Source: a virus. Taken from it: 64,000 nt of DNA. Of this stretch, positions 29,927 to 40,477 are shown in pieces. The stretch covers positions 1 through 64,000 of IMG/VR virus record IMGVR_UViG_3300027971_000039. One strand, 5' to 3'. Made by a program: the position numbers and the translations under genes. The notes under the pieces were generated by a model. It saw nothing but the letters and a program-made list of their open reading frames with translations, ran no database searches and was not told the origin of the DNA. The stretch's first letter is position 1. The number at the start of each line of letters is the position of its first letter.

Positions 29927-30755
29927 ACGATTTTTAACAGCGGCTGTTGTTGGTATTGTTATTAGCTCAGTTGTTGGTGGTATGTTGGTCGTCAATAATT
30001 TAACAAAACTTATTAATAATACACCAGTTGCAACAAATACACAGGATTTGGATACTTCAATGTTACCAGATCCAGTGGAAATTAAAGAACCAGAACAACA
30101 ATCGATTGAAACAAATGATTCTGGTATTCCAACTTTAAATTTATCTAAAGGAAATTTTATAGTTCTCTACGGTCCTATTTATGAAAATGGAAACGAAGTA
30201 GCTGAAGCTATTAAGAAAGCAACATCTCGCCGTGGACCGCTTTCTGGAAATGATCCTTTATATCTTTTAATCGATAGCCCAGGGGGAAGCGTAATTACTG
30301 GTGGTGCTATTATTTCTGCAATGGAAGCATCACCCGTTCCTGTACACACGGTATGTTTACAATTGTGTGCTTCTATGGGCGCCATGATCCATCAATATGG
30401 TGTAAAACGTTATAGTGTAAATCGTAGTCTTCTAATGTTTCATGATGCGGCTGGTGGCTTTCAAGGTCCATTTCAACAAGTTATGTCTCGCATGAACACA
30501 ATCAATCGTTTTGTTAATAAAATGTTTGCAAATGTTGCAAAACGCTCTGGACAGCCTTATAAAGATTTTATGCTTAAAATTGGTCCTGAGATTTGGGTTG
30601 ATGGAGAAGATGCTGTTACTCAACATTATAGCGATAGTCTTGTAAGCGTTGTATTTGAAAATAGTGACGCAGTAAATCCACCTTCTTTTGAGACTCTTCA
30701 GATGAAAGAAGAAATTAAAAAGAAGATTCTTAGCGCAGAATACATCAAACAATAA
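29880..30755 (+). CDS. clpP: ClpP-family serine protease with N-terminal membrane anchor
   Basis: IDSPGGSV..G, CASMGA (catalytic Ser), LMFHD (His); probable start ATG 29919. Confidence 0.82.
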   Translation: MAVVSRQKVKIKVMIKRFLTAAVVGIVISSVVGGMLVVNNLTKLINNTPVATNTQDLDTSMLPDPVEIKEPEQQSIETNDSGIPTLNLSKGNFIVLYGPIYENGNEVAEAIKKATSRRGPLSGNDPLYLLIDSPGGSVITGGAIISAMEASPVPVHTVCLQLCASMGAMIHQYGVKRYSVNRSLLMFHDAAGGFQGPFQQVMSRMNTINRFVNKMFANVAKRSGQPYKDFMLKIGPEIWVDGEDAVTQHYSDSLVSVVFENSDAVNPPSFETLQMKEEIKKKILSAEYIKQ

Positions 30756-30756
30756 T

Positions 30757-31005
30757 ATGGAATACATTGTCGGTCTGATTATAGGTTTAGTGGGTTGGTT
30801 GTTCTTTGAACGATCAAAGAGAAAATCTGCTGAAGGTGCTCTAGAAAACTTAGAGACACGAGAAGAAACCCTGAAACTAGATAAAGAAGCAACAAAGAAT
30901 ACAGGGCTACTTGAAGCGGAACAAGCAAAAAGAGAGGAGATTAAAAATGAACAAGATAAAAAATCTCTTAGTGACATTGCTCGTTTTCTCAATGACCGTA
31001 AGTAA
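30757..31005 (+). CDS. putative i-spanin-like membrane protein
   Basis: N-terminal TM helix then coiled coil. Confidence 0.4.
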   Translation: MEYIVGLIIGLVGWLFFERSKRKSAEGALENLETREETLKLDKEATKNTGLLEAEQAKREEIKNEQDKKSLSDIARFLNDRK

Positions 31006-31342
31006 CAGTGCGTTTGCCGACGACGCACTTGTTTTAAACAAAGGACAATCTGCCCCATTTACCGGACTCCTCTTAACTGAGGATAAAGCAAATGAAGTTT
31101 ATAATGATATTAAAAAGTATAAACTTCTAAATGAATCCTTAGAAAAAAGCGTAATTCTATACAAGCAAAACGAAGAACTTTACGATAAAAAAGTAAACAT
31201 TCTTTTAGAACAAAATGATAAATTATCAGAGAACCTTCTACAAGCTAGAACAACAAGTAATTGGGAAAAGGTACTTTGGTTTGGACTAGGGTTTTTGTCT
31301 GTTGGACTAGGAATTTATGGTGTCAAAACGATTACCAAATGA
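30911..31342 (+). CDS. putative spanin-like protein (signal peptide, coiled coil, C-terminal TM)
   Basis: Overlaps the previous gene; AFA cleavage site; G..APF.G.LL motif; probable start ATG 30947. Confidence 0.4.
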   Translation: MKRNKQKERRLKMNKIKNLLVTLLVFSMTVSNSAFADDALVLNKGQSAPFTGLLLTEDKANEVYNDIKKYKLLNESLEKSVILYKQNEELYDKKVNILLEQNDKLSENLLQARTTSNWEKVLWFGLGFLSVGLGIYGVKTITK

Positions 31343-32012
31343 ACAGTCCCTAGAAGATCTATTAAAAACGATAGAAGAATCCGAAGAAAAGAACATTGTC
31401 GGAGTTTCCGATGATGTTTTTTCTTTTATTACGCACTTTAATATTTTACCCGGAGAAGAGTTAGTATTGAAGAGTGTGCTATATGATCTATATTGTAGCT
31501 GGTCCAAAACACCGATTAGTAAGTTTGCATTTGGTTCAAAGGTAGCAAAGTATTTTTTAAATCACCAAAAGGGACCAAGAAATTATCTTAAAATTAATTT
31601 AAATTCAATATCAATACAGAAAGAAACCATTCTAAATTTAGAAAAAAACAAATTAAACAAAATAAAATATCCAACATGGCAAGCACATTATAATCAATTT
31701 TTAAATTTTTATAAGATTAAAAAAGGAAACTCTTGGGTACAAAGCTACGTGCTGATGCATTTTTATGACAAGTGGTGTTATAAAAATAAAAGAAGACGAC
31801 TTTTATCTGAGGTAAGTTTTTTTAATTTTTGTAAATTGCACTTTGAATATAAACGCAATACGGAGAGTAGGATGATGTGGTTTAAAGTAAATAAAGAATT
31901 CATCGACGAATATCTTTCTCCACAAAAGCTTACGCATTTACAACAAGGAAGAGAAAGAACACATGGCAAAAAACAAAAGAGAAAAAACAAAATACCCAGC
32001 ATTAAAACCTGA
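31317..32012 (+). CDS. hypothetical protein with two winged-helix-like repeats
   Basis: Repeated LY..Y..W....S...F pattern resembling D5 C-terminal wHTH domains. Confidence 0.4.
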   Translation: MVSKRLPNEQSLEDLLKTIEESEEKNIVGVSDDVFSFITHFNILPGEELVLKSVLYDLYCSWSKTPISKFAFGSKVAKYFLNHQKGPRNYLKINLNSISIQKETILNLEKNKLNKIKYPTWQAHYNQFLNFYKIKKGNSWVQSYVLMHFYDKWCYKNKRRRLLSEVSFFNFCKLHFEYKRNTESRMMWFKVNKEFIDEYLSPQKLTHLQQGRERTHGKKQKRKNKIPSIKT

Positions 32013-32397
32013 ACTAAATTTAAAGTCAAGATATGAATTAATCGACTATGATTATATTGACAAATTAAAGGAAGAAGAAAAATCCTGGTTAAATAAGTTT
32101 ACAGAAGAATACGTAAACGCCAGTTTAGATTCAAAGAATTTAAAAAATAATTTCCACAATACAGACCAATTAAAAAAAGATTGCTACAGAAGAAACAACG
32201 CCAGAAATAGAGACATTCTAACTCGGGCAAAAGCTTCTGGTAGTTATATTAGTACAGATGAATTGCTTTTAAATAAAAAATCAATTAAAATAAATACATC
32301 AGATACTTTACTCAATAAAACTAGTAATAGCCCGGACAATCTCGAAGAAACCAGCAGCCGAACCGATGACAACAGAAATCAATCCGATGATTTTTAA
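31963..32397 (+). CDS. hypothetical protein (last gene of the + arm)
   Basis: Open ORF; 3' end overlaps the convergent gene. Confidence 0.6.
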   Translation: MAKNKREKTKYPALKPELNLKSRYELIDYDYIDKLKEEEKSWLNKFTEEYVNASLDSKNLKNNFHNTDQLKKDCYRRNNARNRDILTRAKASGSYISTDELLLNKKSIKINTSDTLLNKTSNSPDNLEETSSRTDDNRNQSDDF

Positions 32398-32592
32398 AAC
32401 ACCATTAATTGCAATAACGTGTTGTTTTAGTGGTTCTATTTCTTGACGTAACATCGTTAAATTTTCTTCAGCAACTTCAGTACGCCGGATGTGTTCTTTA
32501 ATGTTTTCTTCTTGTTTTGCTGAAGTAACTTTAAGATCAGAAATGTCTTCACTAATCTTGTCTAAGACTTCATAGATTCTTTCGTTATTCAT
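32308..32592 (-). CDS. coiled-coil plus C-terminal TM protein (holin/XhlA-like)
   Basis: Heptad N-region and hydrophobic C-terminus; last gene of the late arm. Confidence 0.5.
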   Translation of the reverse strand: MNNERIYEVLDKISEDISDLKVTSAKQEENIKEHIRRTEVAEENLTMLRQEIEPLKQHVIAINGVLKIIGLISVVIGSAAGFFEIVRAITSFIE

Positions 32593-34447
32593 TTTCTTCT
32601 TCTCCTATACCAATCATAGATGGAATTGATTCTCTAAAATCGGGACGCTGCATTAGTGCAAAAAGTATGGCTTCTTTTTTAACATTATCACCTTTGGCTA
32701 AGGCATCTTTTAAAGACTTTCCATAAGAGCTATATCCAGTTCTACCAATTAAAGTATCTGCGATTTGATCTAATTTTTGTACGGGGAAGTCGTAAACACT
32801 TTTTCCAACTTGAATTGGCGCTTTAATAATATTAGGTGTTCCTTTTGAAATAGATTCAAACGCATCTTTTGACATTTTTTTAGCTTGCCCAGCTAGATTG
32901 GCTCCAATAACGAGAGGTTTTCGTGCCCAAGATACTTTTAATTGGTTTAATCCTTCTTGTTCGGGCCTCCCCCCCAAAGCCGATCGAATCGTTGCACTTT
33001 GTAAGGAGGTTTGTTCAAATTCATTTTTTAATGAATCAATCATGTCTGCCGTATTCTTAAACCCAGATTGTCTGGCCAAGTCATCCAACTCAGCCCCATA
33101 ACTACTATTTTTTAATTTATTTAAAAGTGGTATCATCCCACCTTCTTCAGAATACATGGCAGCTAAAGCATCTTTACTTTCTTTCCCAGGAAACTTTAAT
33201 TTTTGAACAGTATCCTCAACTGCTGCCAATAGATTTTCTTTTGGTTTCGTAACATCAGACAACCAAGAATCTCTCAACTCAACCGGTGTTCCTTTTTTAA
33301 TTAAACTTTCACTTGTTGCTTCCCTAAATTTTGAAAAGTTTTTTAAATTGTCTTTATAACCCGGAACTGCTCTATCAATTGCCGCTTTAATTTCATTTTC
33401 TAATTCTCTATATTCTGGTCCCATTTGTTTAATTGTATTTCTTAATTCATGTGCTTCTAATGGATTTGTTTGACCAGAAGCCAATCTTTTTATATTAAAC
33501 GCCAATTCAGGTTGTTTTTTTTCTATTTCAGAAGCCAACGCGTTAAATGGTTCTGATCGCAACATAGGAACTTTTACTTCATCAAATGAAGCTCGTTCTA
33601 ATGGGTCTATGATTTTTTTGGCTGCTAAACGATCCATTGTTTTTAATTTTTTAGCTAATGTTGAAATATCCTTTTCTTCTTTTACTAAAACATTTCTAGA
33701 TGATTGTTCTTGAAGAAACCCAAGCCCCTCTTTTCCCATTTTTGCAGATTCAAACATTTCTTGCATTAATGGGTATTTTAAAAGTTCTTCTTTTGATTTT
33801 TGAATTGCACCAGACGCTAATGGACCAGCAGCTCCAAGAACACCACCCAAAACACCACCAGTAACGGCACCAGATTTAACGTCTTCTAATAATTTTTGTT
33901 TTTCTTCCGCAGACGCCCCTATCAATCCACCTTCTGTACTACTTAAAGCACCAGTCACGCCCCCTTGAACGGCACCTGTTAGACCAGCAGCAAGAGCCCC
34001 TTTACCGGCAGCCTTTAATAACTCCTTACCACCTAATTGAGCCGCTGCCCGCCCCCCAGACGCAGCTAATCCAGCACCACCTGTTGCGATTGCTGGGAGC
34101 AGAGAGCCACCGATTTCACCAACAAGACTAGCGGTTGGACTGCGTTCTCTAGCTTCACTTTCCTTTTGTTCTTCAATTTCTAAATACTTTTTATAGAGAG
34201 TAGAAAAGTCATTTTTTTCATCAGAAAGTAAAGCTTTACCACCAGCGGTAAGTTCTTCTAATCCACCCATTGTAAGACCGGATAATACACCACGACCCAA
34301 ATCAGAAGCAGTTTCACCGACTTCTTCTAAAGTTGACTTTGATTCTTCTGTTGGAATGGATTCCGTTAAGGGAACTCGTTCAAATCCTTCTGCTAATGGA
34401 ACCCTTTCAAAACCCTCTGCTAACTGTGGCATAGTTTTCTTTTCCAT
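32585..34447 (-). CDS. putative internal virion/DNA ejection protein
   Basis: Gly/Ala-rich amphipathic segments; last of four large helical genes after the tail genes. Confidence 0.6.
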   Translation of the reverse strand: MEKKTMPQLAEGFERVPLAEGFERVPLTESIPTEESKSTLEEVGETASDLGRGVLSGLTMGGLEELTAGGKALLSDEKNDFSTLYKKYLEIEEQKESEARERSPTASLVGEIGGSLLPAIATGGAGLAASGGRAAAQLGGKELLKAAGKGALAAGLTGAVQGGVTGALSSTEGGLIGASAEEKQKLLEDVKSGAVTGGVLGGVLGAAGPLASGAIQKSKEELLKYPLMQEMFESAKMGKEGLGFLQEQSSRNVLVKEEKDISTLAKKLKTMDRLAAKKIIDPLERASFDEVKVPMLRSEPFNALASEIEKKQPELAFNIKRLASGQTNPLEAHELRNTIKQMGPEYRELENEIKAAIDRAVPGYKDNLKNFSKFREATSESLIKKGTPVELRDSWLSDVTKPKENLLAAVEDTVQKLKFPGKESKDALAAMYSEEGGMIPLLNKLKNSSYGAELDDLARQSGFKNTADMIDSLKNEFEQTSLQSATIRSALGGRPEQEGLNQLKVSWARKPLVIGANLAGQAKKMSKDAFESISKGTPNIIKAPIQVGKSVYDFPVQKLDQIADTLIGRTGYSSYGKSLKDALAKGDNVKKEAILFALMQRPDFRESIPSMIGIGEEENE

Positions 34448-36795
34448 TATCGTTTAACCCCAACAATTTCACTTGTTCTATTGCCATCAACAATTTCACT
34501 TGTGCCGTCTTCGTATATGAATTGTGTTTGATTTGTTTTTTTATTGTATCCACCATCAATGGCTTTTTTAATTTTTTGTTCTTCTTTTTCTGATTTTATT
34601 CCTAAAGATTCTTGTACTTCAGGTAAAACTCTAGAGTCAAAAATTTCCTCTAAGGGCAACCCACGTCGGTTAAACTGTTTTGCTGCGGGACCAAGTAACC
34701 CGGTGTATTCTTTTTTTGCAACATTCTTAATTGTATTAACGGCATCAAGTAACTGTTTTCTTTGTTTTGGTTGTAATTTAGCTGTTCCACCCAAACGATC
34801 AACCTCGTTTTTTAAACGGTCTAAAACACCGACAGCGCTTTGAATTTCTTTTAATTCTGGTCCTCGAACAACAGATGAATCTCCTTGAAAAAGTTTAGCT
34901 GATTGTAATGTTCTGATAGTATCGCCATACATTCCCGCTGATAAATTTTCAAAAGTATTACTAATTCTTTCTGCATTTTTATACATATCAAAGGCGTCTT
35001 TATATCCCTTCGTCATCACTTGATCTCTAGCAGCAATAATTGCCTTTTCTTGTTTTTCGCTATAACCCTTTTCTAATAACGCTGCTCTATCTAAAGCTCG
35101 TTGTCTAGCATTTTCTGCTCTAGCTTCTCTAGCTTCTCGTTGATTTAAAATATTGGTGAGTTGCGGAGCGTACTTCTCTAACGCCTCAGCTGTTGCAGCT
35201 TCAGGAACAGTAATACCTTGTTGTTTTAATAAATCACGCGCAAACTTAGACTCTTCGCTGGCTGGATCTCTGCGACGAGCAAGACGTTGCATTTCATCTT
35301 GTTTTGTCTTCATTGTATAAGCAGTGCCGACATCTTCTACAGGCTGCTCGGCTTGTTTAATTAACTTATCATAAAAATCAGTGCTAACTGGTTTTGTGAC
35401 AACTCCACCCTTAACTGTTCCAGTTAATCCAGTAGCAAATGTTTCAGCAGCCTTACCGATATTACCAAGTAATATACCCTTATCACGCGCTTCTTGAGCC
35501 ATACGAAGCATTTCATTAAAGTCAATTTCTGCTTTTTGAGGCTTTGCTGATTCAGCTTTAATTGCTTCGTTTAATTTAGCTTCAGGGGATTCATCTTCTC
35601 CAACACCAGTTGAAATTGAACTTTTAGGCACAGGAGATGATTTTTGTTGTCCAACGGATTTAATTTCTGAAACAGATTTTTCTGTGTTGTTTGATGGTAA
35701 AAGAGGAGTTGGTCTTTCTGGTACAGCATAATCAAATTGTTGTGGTTTTTTTGATGCTAATTGCACGTCGCTTCCAACACTCTCTTCAGCTAAACCTCTT
35801 TTTTGTAGGTTAGCTAAAATATTAGAACGTTTTAATCTATCTAATTCAGCCTGTTCTTCTTCTTGAAAAACAGTTGCAGTTGGTCGTAATAATTCTAATG
35901 GGGCAGCAATACGGGGAGATACATTACCTAACAATGTTTCAATGCCAGTTAAACCGCCTTCAACTAAATTACCTTTTGAAAAATCATAAGCTGAAGCGGC
36001 TGCCCCTAAAGCAGTTGCTCCTTTACCTAATGCGGGTAAAAATTTACTTAATTTAGAAAGTCTACTAGGTTCTGGCACAGAGTCTATAGTTCTGCCTGTA
36101 GTTTCTATAAAATCATCTATAACAGCAGGAACACCTCTTTTGATTGTAGCGGGTAAATTTTTAGGCGCATTTTGATCAGCAGCTTCCACTACTGTTTCTC
36201 CGGTTGCACCCATTTCAGACTGTGCTTGTTTTAATAAAGCATCAAATAATTTTTTTTCTCTGGGAGTTGCATAATTAGAAACAGTTGGTAATTCTTTAGG
36301 TGCTAATACATCGGCGGATAATTCAGCGGTTTTTCCAGGGACACTTTGACTTTTTACAATATTTTCTGCAATATTTTTAGGTAAGGCAGAGCCAGTTTCT
36401 TCAAATACCCTAGCAGATTCAGCTGCTGGTGAAATAGCACTTTCAAATAGTTTAGCAGATTCAGCTGCACTTTTTCCTAACCGAGATTGTTTTGCTATAA
36501 TATCTTCAGCAATATTTTTTGGCAATTCAGAGCCAGCTTCTTCGAATACTTTAGCAGACGCTTCCGCTGGTGAAATAGAAGGTGCAGCTCTCATTGATTT
36601 CACACCTTTAGCAAGCTCTCCTAATGTACCCAAAGACCGCCCAGCCGCTCTTTCACCACGCGAAACTAATTCAGAAGCAGCTTGTGCTTCACGTTGTGCT
36701 TCTAATACATCATCTACTGACGACATTTGTGGATCTTTGAAAGATTCAGCCCATTCTTTATATCGCTCTAATTCTTCGGGTGTAAAGTTTGCCAT
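34447..36795 (-). CDS. putative internal virion/DNA ejection protein
   Basis: Large helical protein with an internal duplication (ISPA..SA.VFEE.GS.LPKNIAE.I twice). Confidence 0.55.
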   Translation of the reverse strand: MANFTPEELERYKEWAESFKDPQMSSVDDVLEAQREAQAASELVSRGERAAGRSLGTLGELAKGVKSMRAAPSISPAEASAKVFEEAGSELPKNIAEDIIAKQSRLGKSAAESAKLFESAISPAAESARVFEETGSALPKNIAENIVKSQSVPGKTAELSADVLAPKELPTVSNYATPREKKLFDALLKQAQSEMGATGETVVEAADQNAPKNLPATIKRGVPAVIDDFIETTGRTIDSVPEPSRLSKLSKFLPALGKGATALGAAASAYDFSKGNLVEGGLTGIETLLGNVSPRIAAPLELLRPTATVFQEEEQAELDRLKRSNILANLQKRGLAEESVGSDVQLASKKPQQFDYAVPERPTPLLPSNNTEKSVSEIKSVGQQKSSPVPKSSISTGVGEDESPEAKLNEAIKAESAKPQKAEIDFNEMLRMAQEARDKGILLGNIGKAAETFATGLTGTVKGGVVTKPVSTDFYDKLIKQAEQPVEDVGTAYTMKTKQDEMQRLARRRDPASEESKFARDLLKQQGITVPEAATAEALEKYAPQLTNILNQREAREARAENARQRALDRAALLEKGYSEKQEKAIIAARDQVMTKGYKDAFDMYKNAERISNTFENLSAGMYGDTIRTLQSAKLFQGDSSVVRGPELKEIQSAVGVLDRLKNEVDRLGGTAKLQPKQRKQLLDAVNTIKNVAKKEYTGLLGPAAKQFNRRGLPLEEIFDSRVLPEVQESLGIKSEKEEQKIKKAIDGGYNKKTNQTQFIYEDGTSEIVDGNRTSEIVGVKR

Positions 36796-36801
36796 AAAAA
36801 A

Positions 36802-37953
36802 TTACCAGAATTTATACCAAGGTTTTGGAGCGCCGGGATAGCCATATTGTTCCATTGATGCCATTGCAGCTTTTTCTCTTTCAATATCATCCATTGGATT
36901 TTGTGCTGACTTAGACCAATCAACTCCACCAGCAGCTCCAGCAGTACCACCACTCATTCCTGAAACACTAGGAACAGATGGTTTAAACGCAGCTTGACCA
37001 ATAGCACCAGCAGCTTGTCCAACTGCACTACCCATTTGTGCCCAACCTTGCTGTGTTTGTGCAGCTTGTTGTTGCGCTTGAGCAGCTTGTTGACCATATG
37101 TTCCAGCACGTAACTGAGCAAGACGAACTTGATTATTATACATTTCTTGTTGTGCTTGACGTTGGCGCATCATTTCAGCATTTTGTTGTTGAATATTCAT
37201 ATTCATAATCTGTTGTTGTTGAGCAAGATTATATTGTCTTGCTTCATTTTCTTGTGCAACACGGCGTTGTTCTTGCATCATGCGATTTTGAATATTAAAG
37301 CGTTGAAATTCATCTTCTGCACCAGCCCTAGTGCGCGAAATATCAAATTCTTGTCCACGAACTCTACCAGCTAATTCACCACCTTGCATCATTGCTTGTA
37401 ACGCTCTTTGAGATGCAGAAGCGGATCCACGTTCAGCAGCAGCTTGTTGTTGTGCAGCAAGTTCATCAGCGGATTGTAATTGAGCAGCAATACCAGCACC
37501 TGAATCTAAGGCACCACGAGCACGAAGCCCAGCAATAATTTGTTGACGTTTAGCTTCGGCACTACGTTCAGCAGCAGCGCGTTCTTGAGATAATTGAGCA
37601 CGTTCTTCTGCGGTAAAACCAGTACGGCCTCTTTGCTGAATACCAGCAAGGGCTTCCATTTGAGCCTTTTTAAAACGAGGGTCTTCTTGAATTTGCGCTA
37701 CTTTTGAAACACCCTGATCCACAGCCCTTTCAATTTCAGGAGTTAATACACCAGCCGATTTAAATTCTCGTAAATAAATTTGTTTTGCAAGATCTGGCCC
37801 AGCGCCTAACTTTTCAATTTCAGCCAAAGCTTTTTGTTGCGCTCTAGCAGCAGCATCTCTATCACCAGCCGAGGCAATGTTACCAATTACTCCACCAAGG
37901 ATACTAGCTCCACCTGAAATTAAACCTGCTGTAAGCAGTCCACCGAATGGCAT
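36802..37953 (-). CDS. putative pilot/ejection protein
   Basis: Gly-rich hydrophobic N-terminus and Gln/Ala coiled coil typical of podovirus pilot proteins. Confidence 0.6.
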   Translation of the reverse strand: MPFGGLLTAGLISGGASILGGVIGNIASAGDRDAAARAQQKALAEIEKLGAGPDLAKQIYLREFKSAGVLTPEIERAVDQGVSKVAQIQEDPRFKKAQMEALAGIQQRGRTGFTAEERAQLSQERAAAERSAEAKRQQIIAGLRARGALDSGAGIAAQLQSADELAAQQQAAAERGSASASQRALQAMMQGGELAGRVRGQEFDISRTRAGAEDEFQRFNIQNRMMQEQRRVAQENEARQYNLAQQQQIMNMNIQQQNAEMMRQRQAQQEMYNNQVRLAQLRAGTYGQQAAQAQQQAAQTQQGWAQMGSAVGQAAGAIGQAAFKPSVPSVSGMSGGTAGAAGGVDWSKSAQNPMDDIEREKAAMASMEQYGYPGAPKPWYKFW

Positions 37954-37954
37954 A

Positions 37955-38338
37955 TTATATAAACCTCGCTAAATGAAAATATTTTTCAGGGGTATTATTA
38001 AATCCCTGTTCTACAAACAAAGAACTTAAAGTTTCTCTTGGTGTTGAAGTCATGATTAATTCACCATCATTAGCCTTTACAACATCTTCTAATGATTTAA
38101 TTAAAACAGTTAAAGCCTGTTTTTTTAATTCTTTATCTACAACAGACGGATTACTAACAACACCTTCAATCCACCACATAGATGTATTATCTAGTTGATA
38201 AACAAATCCAGCGCAAACAGTATCAACGATAATAGAATTACGTGGAATGTATGAAAATGGTGTGATTGGTAAATCCCAACCTTTATACCATTCTACTAGC
38301 ATACCATAATTGTGTTCATTGACAAATTCAATTTTCAT
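37955..38338 (-). CDS. GNAT-like protein (T7 gp13-like position)
   Basis: CAGFVY....WWIEGVVSNP ... GF pattern; position between tail and ejection genes. Confidence 0.55.
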   Translation of the reverse strand: MKIEFVNEHNYGMLVEWYKGWDLPITPFSYIPRNSIIVDTVCAGFVYQLDNTSMWWIEGVVSNPSVVDKELKKQALTVLIKSLEDVVKANDGELIMTSTPRETLSSLFVEQGFNNTPEKYFHLARFI

Positions 38339-38339
38339 A

Positions 38340-40031
38340 TTAATCTGTTAATCGTAACCCTTTATAAAAGCTACTCATTGTATTTAATTGGTTTTTGATA
38401 TCTGTTCCCCTAGCTTCATATTTGCCAATTAATTCATTCATTACTTTAACTAAATTTTTTCTAGCCTGTGTTCGATCTTTTTCTGCTTTTAATGAATCTT
38501 GTTCGTTTTTACCAGCTACTTGTAATTGAACTAAAGCATCTTTAATGTCGTCGGCTATTTTACCACTAAAAATCTCACTCTTACCGGATTTAATATTTTT
38601 ATAAAATTCGGCTGCCTTTTTTTCTAATTCAACTTGATTTGATTTTAAGTTGTTTAATTCATCTTTGAATTTATATAATCCACCAGTCAGTGCTTTATTA
38701 CCGGCCAATATTTCATTGTCTTTACCACGAGTTTCAAGTAATTTGTTTTTTTGCTCACCATAGTCCATTTCACCTTTTTGTGACCCAACAAGAGATGCAA
38801 TGTCTTCTTTTGAAACTAATCCAGCATCCTTTGCTTTTTCTAATTCTTCTTCTTTAATTGGAGGAAGGCCAGTTAGTTTTCTTAGTGCATTTATTTTACT
38901 AAGATCTGTTTTCTTTGCATACCCTAAAGTAGCGGATTCATCTGCCCCTCTTGAAATGCCCTTTAGCTTAGACGAAATTCCAATTAATTTTTCTTGTTCT
39001 GGTGTTAAAGTTTCGCCTTTTCTTTTTTTAATATCCAACTCTTCAATTTTTTTATCTAAATCAGAGATATTTTGAATACCTTCAAACCCAGAAACATCTT
39101 GTAATCTTACTGCTCTTAGTTGATTAACATCCGAAGGATCTAATCCTAGTTTTTTTAATTCAGATTTACTAACCGATCCAGTAAAAAATAAACCTTCTTT
39201 GAGTTTATCCAAAGCCGCTTTTTTAGATTCAATTTGGGACTTTTGTTCTTCACTAAGTCCAGCCATGTATTTTTCTTGTTCGGCTTTAACGGCGGTTTCA
39301 GCTTGTGTTTTAGCAGCTTCAGTTTGACCTTTAAGCAGCCCGGCTTGTTGAGCAGCAATCTCTTCGGCTGACATTGCTTTTTCAGCTAATCCAGTGGCAG
39401 CCTGTTGTGCTGAAGCTAATTCAGGAGACATCTGTAATCCGGCCATTGCTTTAGCAAAGTCACCGGGGCGAACACCGCCCGGAGCAAAACCAGCATATTG
39501 TTGCGCTAATAGCTCAGGAGAGCCAGCTAATTGAGAAAGAGCTGCTATATTAGCAGTTCCTTGAAGCCCAGTAGGACCTTGGTATTGCATTTTTTGAAGC
39601 TTGTCGTATTCGCTTAGTTCAGCTTCAGATGCCTGACCAGATGTAATTTTACTTAATAAATCACTAATGCGTTCTTGAGCAGGAACGCCACCGGACGCTT
39701 TATTTAATTGCTCTTGAAATTGGGCTTGTTGTTGCTGAAGGGCAGCAGTTTTAGCTGCTACATCTGATTGCAATTTTTGCGCCAAAGCTTGTGAAAAACG
39801 AGGATCTGCCACTGCACCGGCTTGTTGTTGATATGTTACAGGAGCGGCTGGCTTCTTCTGTTGTTGTACTGGAGCCTGTTGAGGCTGCTGCATCGGAGGA
39901 AGTGAACTTTGAACCGCTTGTGATGGTTGAGCAGGTTGCTGCTGTCCCGGTTGTTGAACGGGCTGCTGTTGAGCGGGTTGTTGTTGCTTTTTCCTTGGAT
40001 CATAAGGGTTTATAACAGGAGGCATGGGCAT
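38340..40031 (-). CDS. putative virion protein with Q/P-rich N-terminus
   Basis: Long ORF in the structural operon. Confidence 0.5.
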   Translation of the reverse strand: MPMPPVINPYDPRKKQQQPAQQQPVQQPGQQQPAQPSQAVQSSLPPMQQPQQAPVQQQKKPAAPVTYQQQAGAVADPRFSQALAQKLQSDVAAKTAALQQQQAQFQEQLNKASGGVPAQERISDLLSKITSGQASEAELSEYDKLQKMQYQGPTGLQGTANIAALSQLAGSPELLAQQYAGFAPGGVRPGDFAKAMAGLQMSPELASAQQAATGLAEKAMSAEEIAAQQAGLLKGQTEAAKTQAETAVKAEQEKYMAGLSEEQKSQIESKKAALDKLKEGLFFTGSVSKSELKKLGLDPSDVNQLRAVRLQDVSGFEGIQNISDLDKKIEELDIKKRKGETLTPEQEKLIGISSKLKGISRGADESATLGYAKKTDLSKINALRKLTGLPPIKEEELEKAKDAGLVSKEDIASLVGSQKGEMDYGEQKNKLLETRGKDNEILAGNKALTGGLYKFKDELNNLKSNQVELEKKAAEFYKNIKSGKSEIFSGKIADDIKDALVQLQVAGKNEQDSLKAEKDRTQARKNLVKVMNELIGKYEARGTDIKNQLNTMSSFYKGLRLTD

Positions 40032-40044
40032 AATTCACCTTATA

Positions 40045-40055
40045 ATAGTTGTTAA
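40045..40055 (-). promoter_or_regulatory. putative late promoter motif TTAACAACTAT
   Basis: Exact copies at 40045, 48101 and 58622, each just upstream of a late gene start. Confidence 0.55.
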
Positions 40056-40477
40056 TTCTCGTCGCCATATATAACGACACGGATGTTGTAGGTTTGGCCT
40101 TCAGTTAGACCAGTAATGTGCTTTATTTTAACTAATCCGGGACTTAGTTGTTCCCATGAAACAGTCACACCACTGGATGGAAACGCTGTTGGAATTGATA
40201 TATTATCCACTTTCCCAACAGTAATAACGTTTATATTATTATTAAAAGTAACAGCTAATGTTAATGACGTAATAGGGACACCAGAAGCTGAAACCTGTAC
40301 AGTAAAGTCTTTTATATTACAAAGAATATTATTACGAAGGGTAATTTTATTGTTTAAAGCATCATAAACGTTGTCAAACCCGTTGTTGATAGAAACAATA
40401 AGCTTTTCCACCAATTCGGAATACTGGGGCTTAAAGTCGTTTTTAAATAATCTTCGTAGGGTGGGTAATTTAGCCAT
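40052..40477 (-). CDS. putative tail-associated protein
   Basis: Directly follows the large tail protein. Confidence 0.45.
   Translation of the reverse strand: MAKLPTLRRLFKNDFKPQYSELVEKLIVSINNGFDNVYDALNNKITLRNNILCNIKDFTVQVSASGVPITSLTLAVTFNNNINVITVGKVDNISIPTAFPSSGVTVSWEQLSPGLVKIKHITGLTEGQTYNIRVVIYGDEN

Noticed and set aside
30432-31058. 208-aa minus-strand ORF
   Set aside because: Overlaps three well-formed plus-strand genes and has no recognisable motif.
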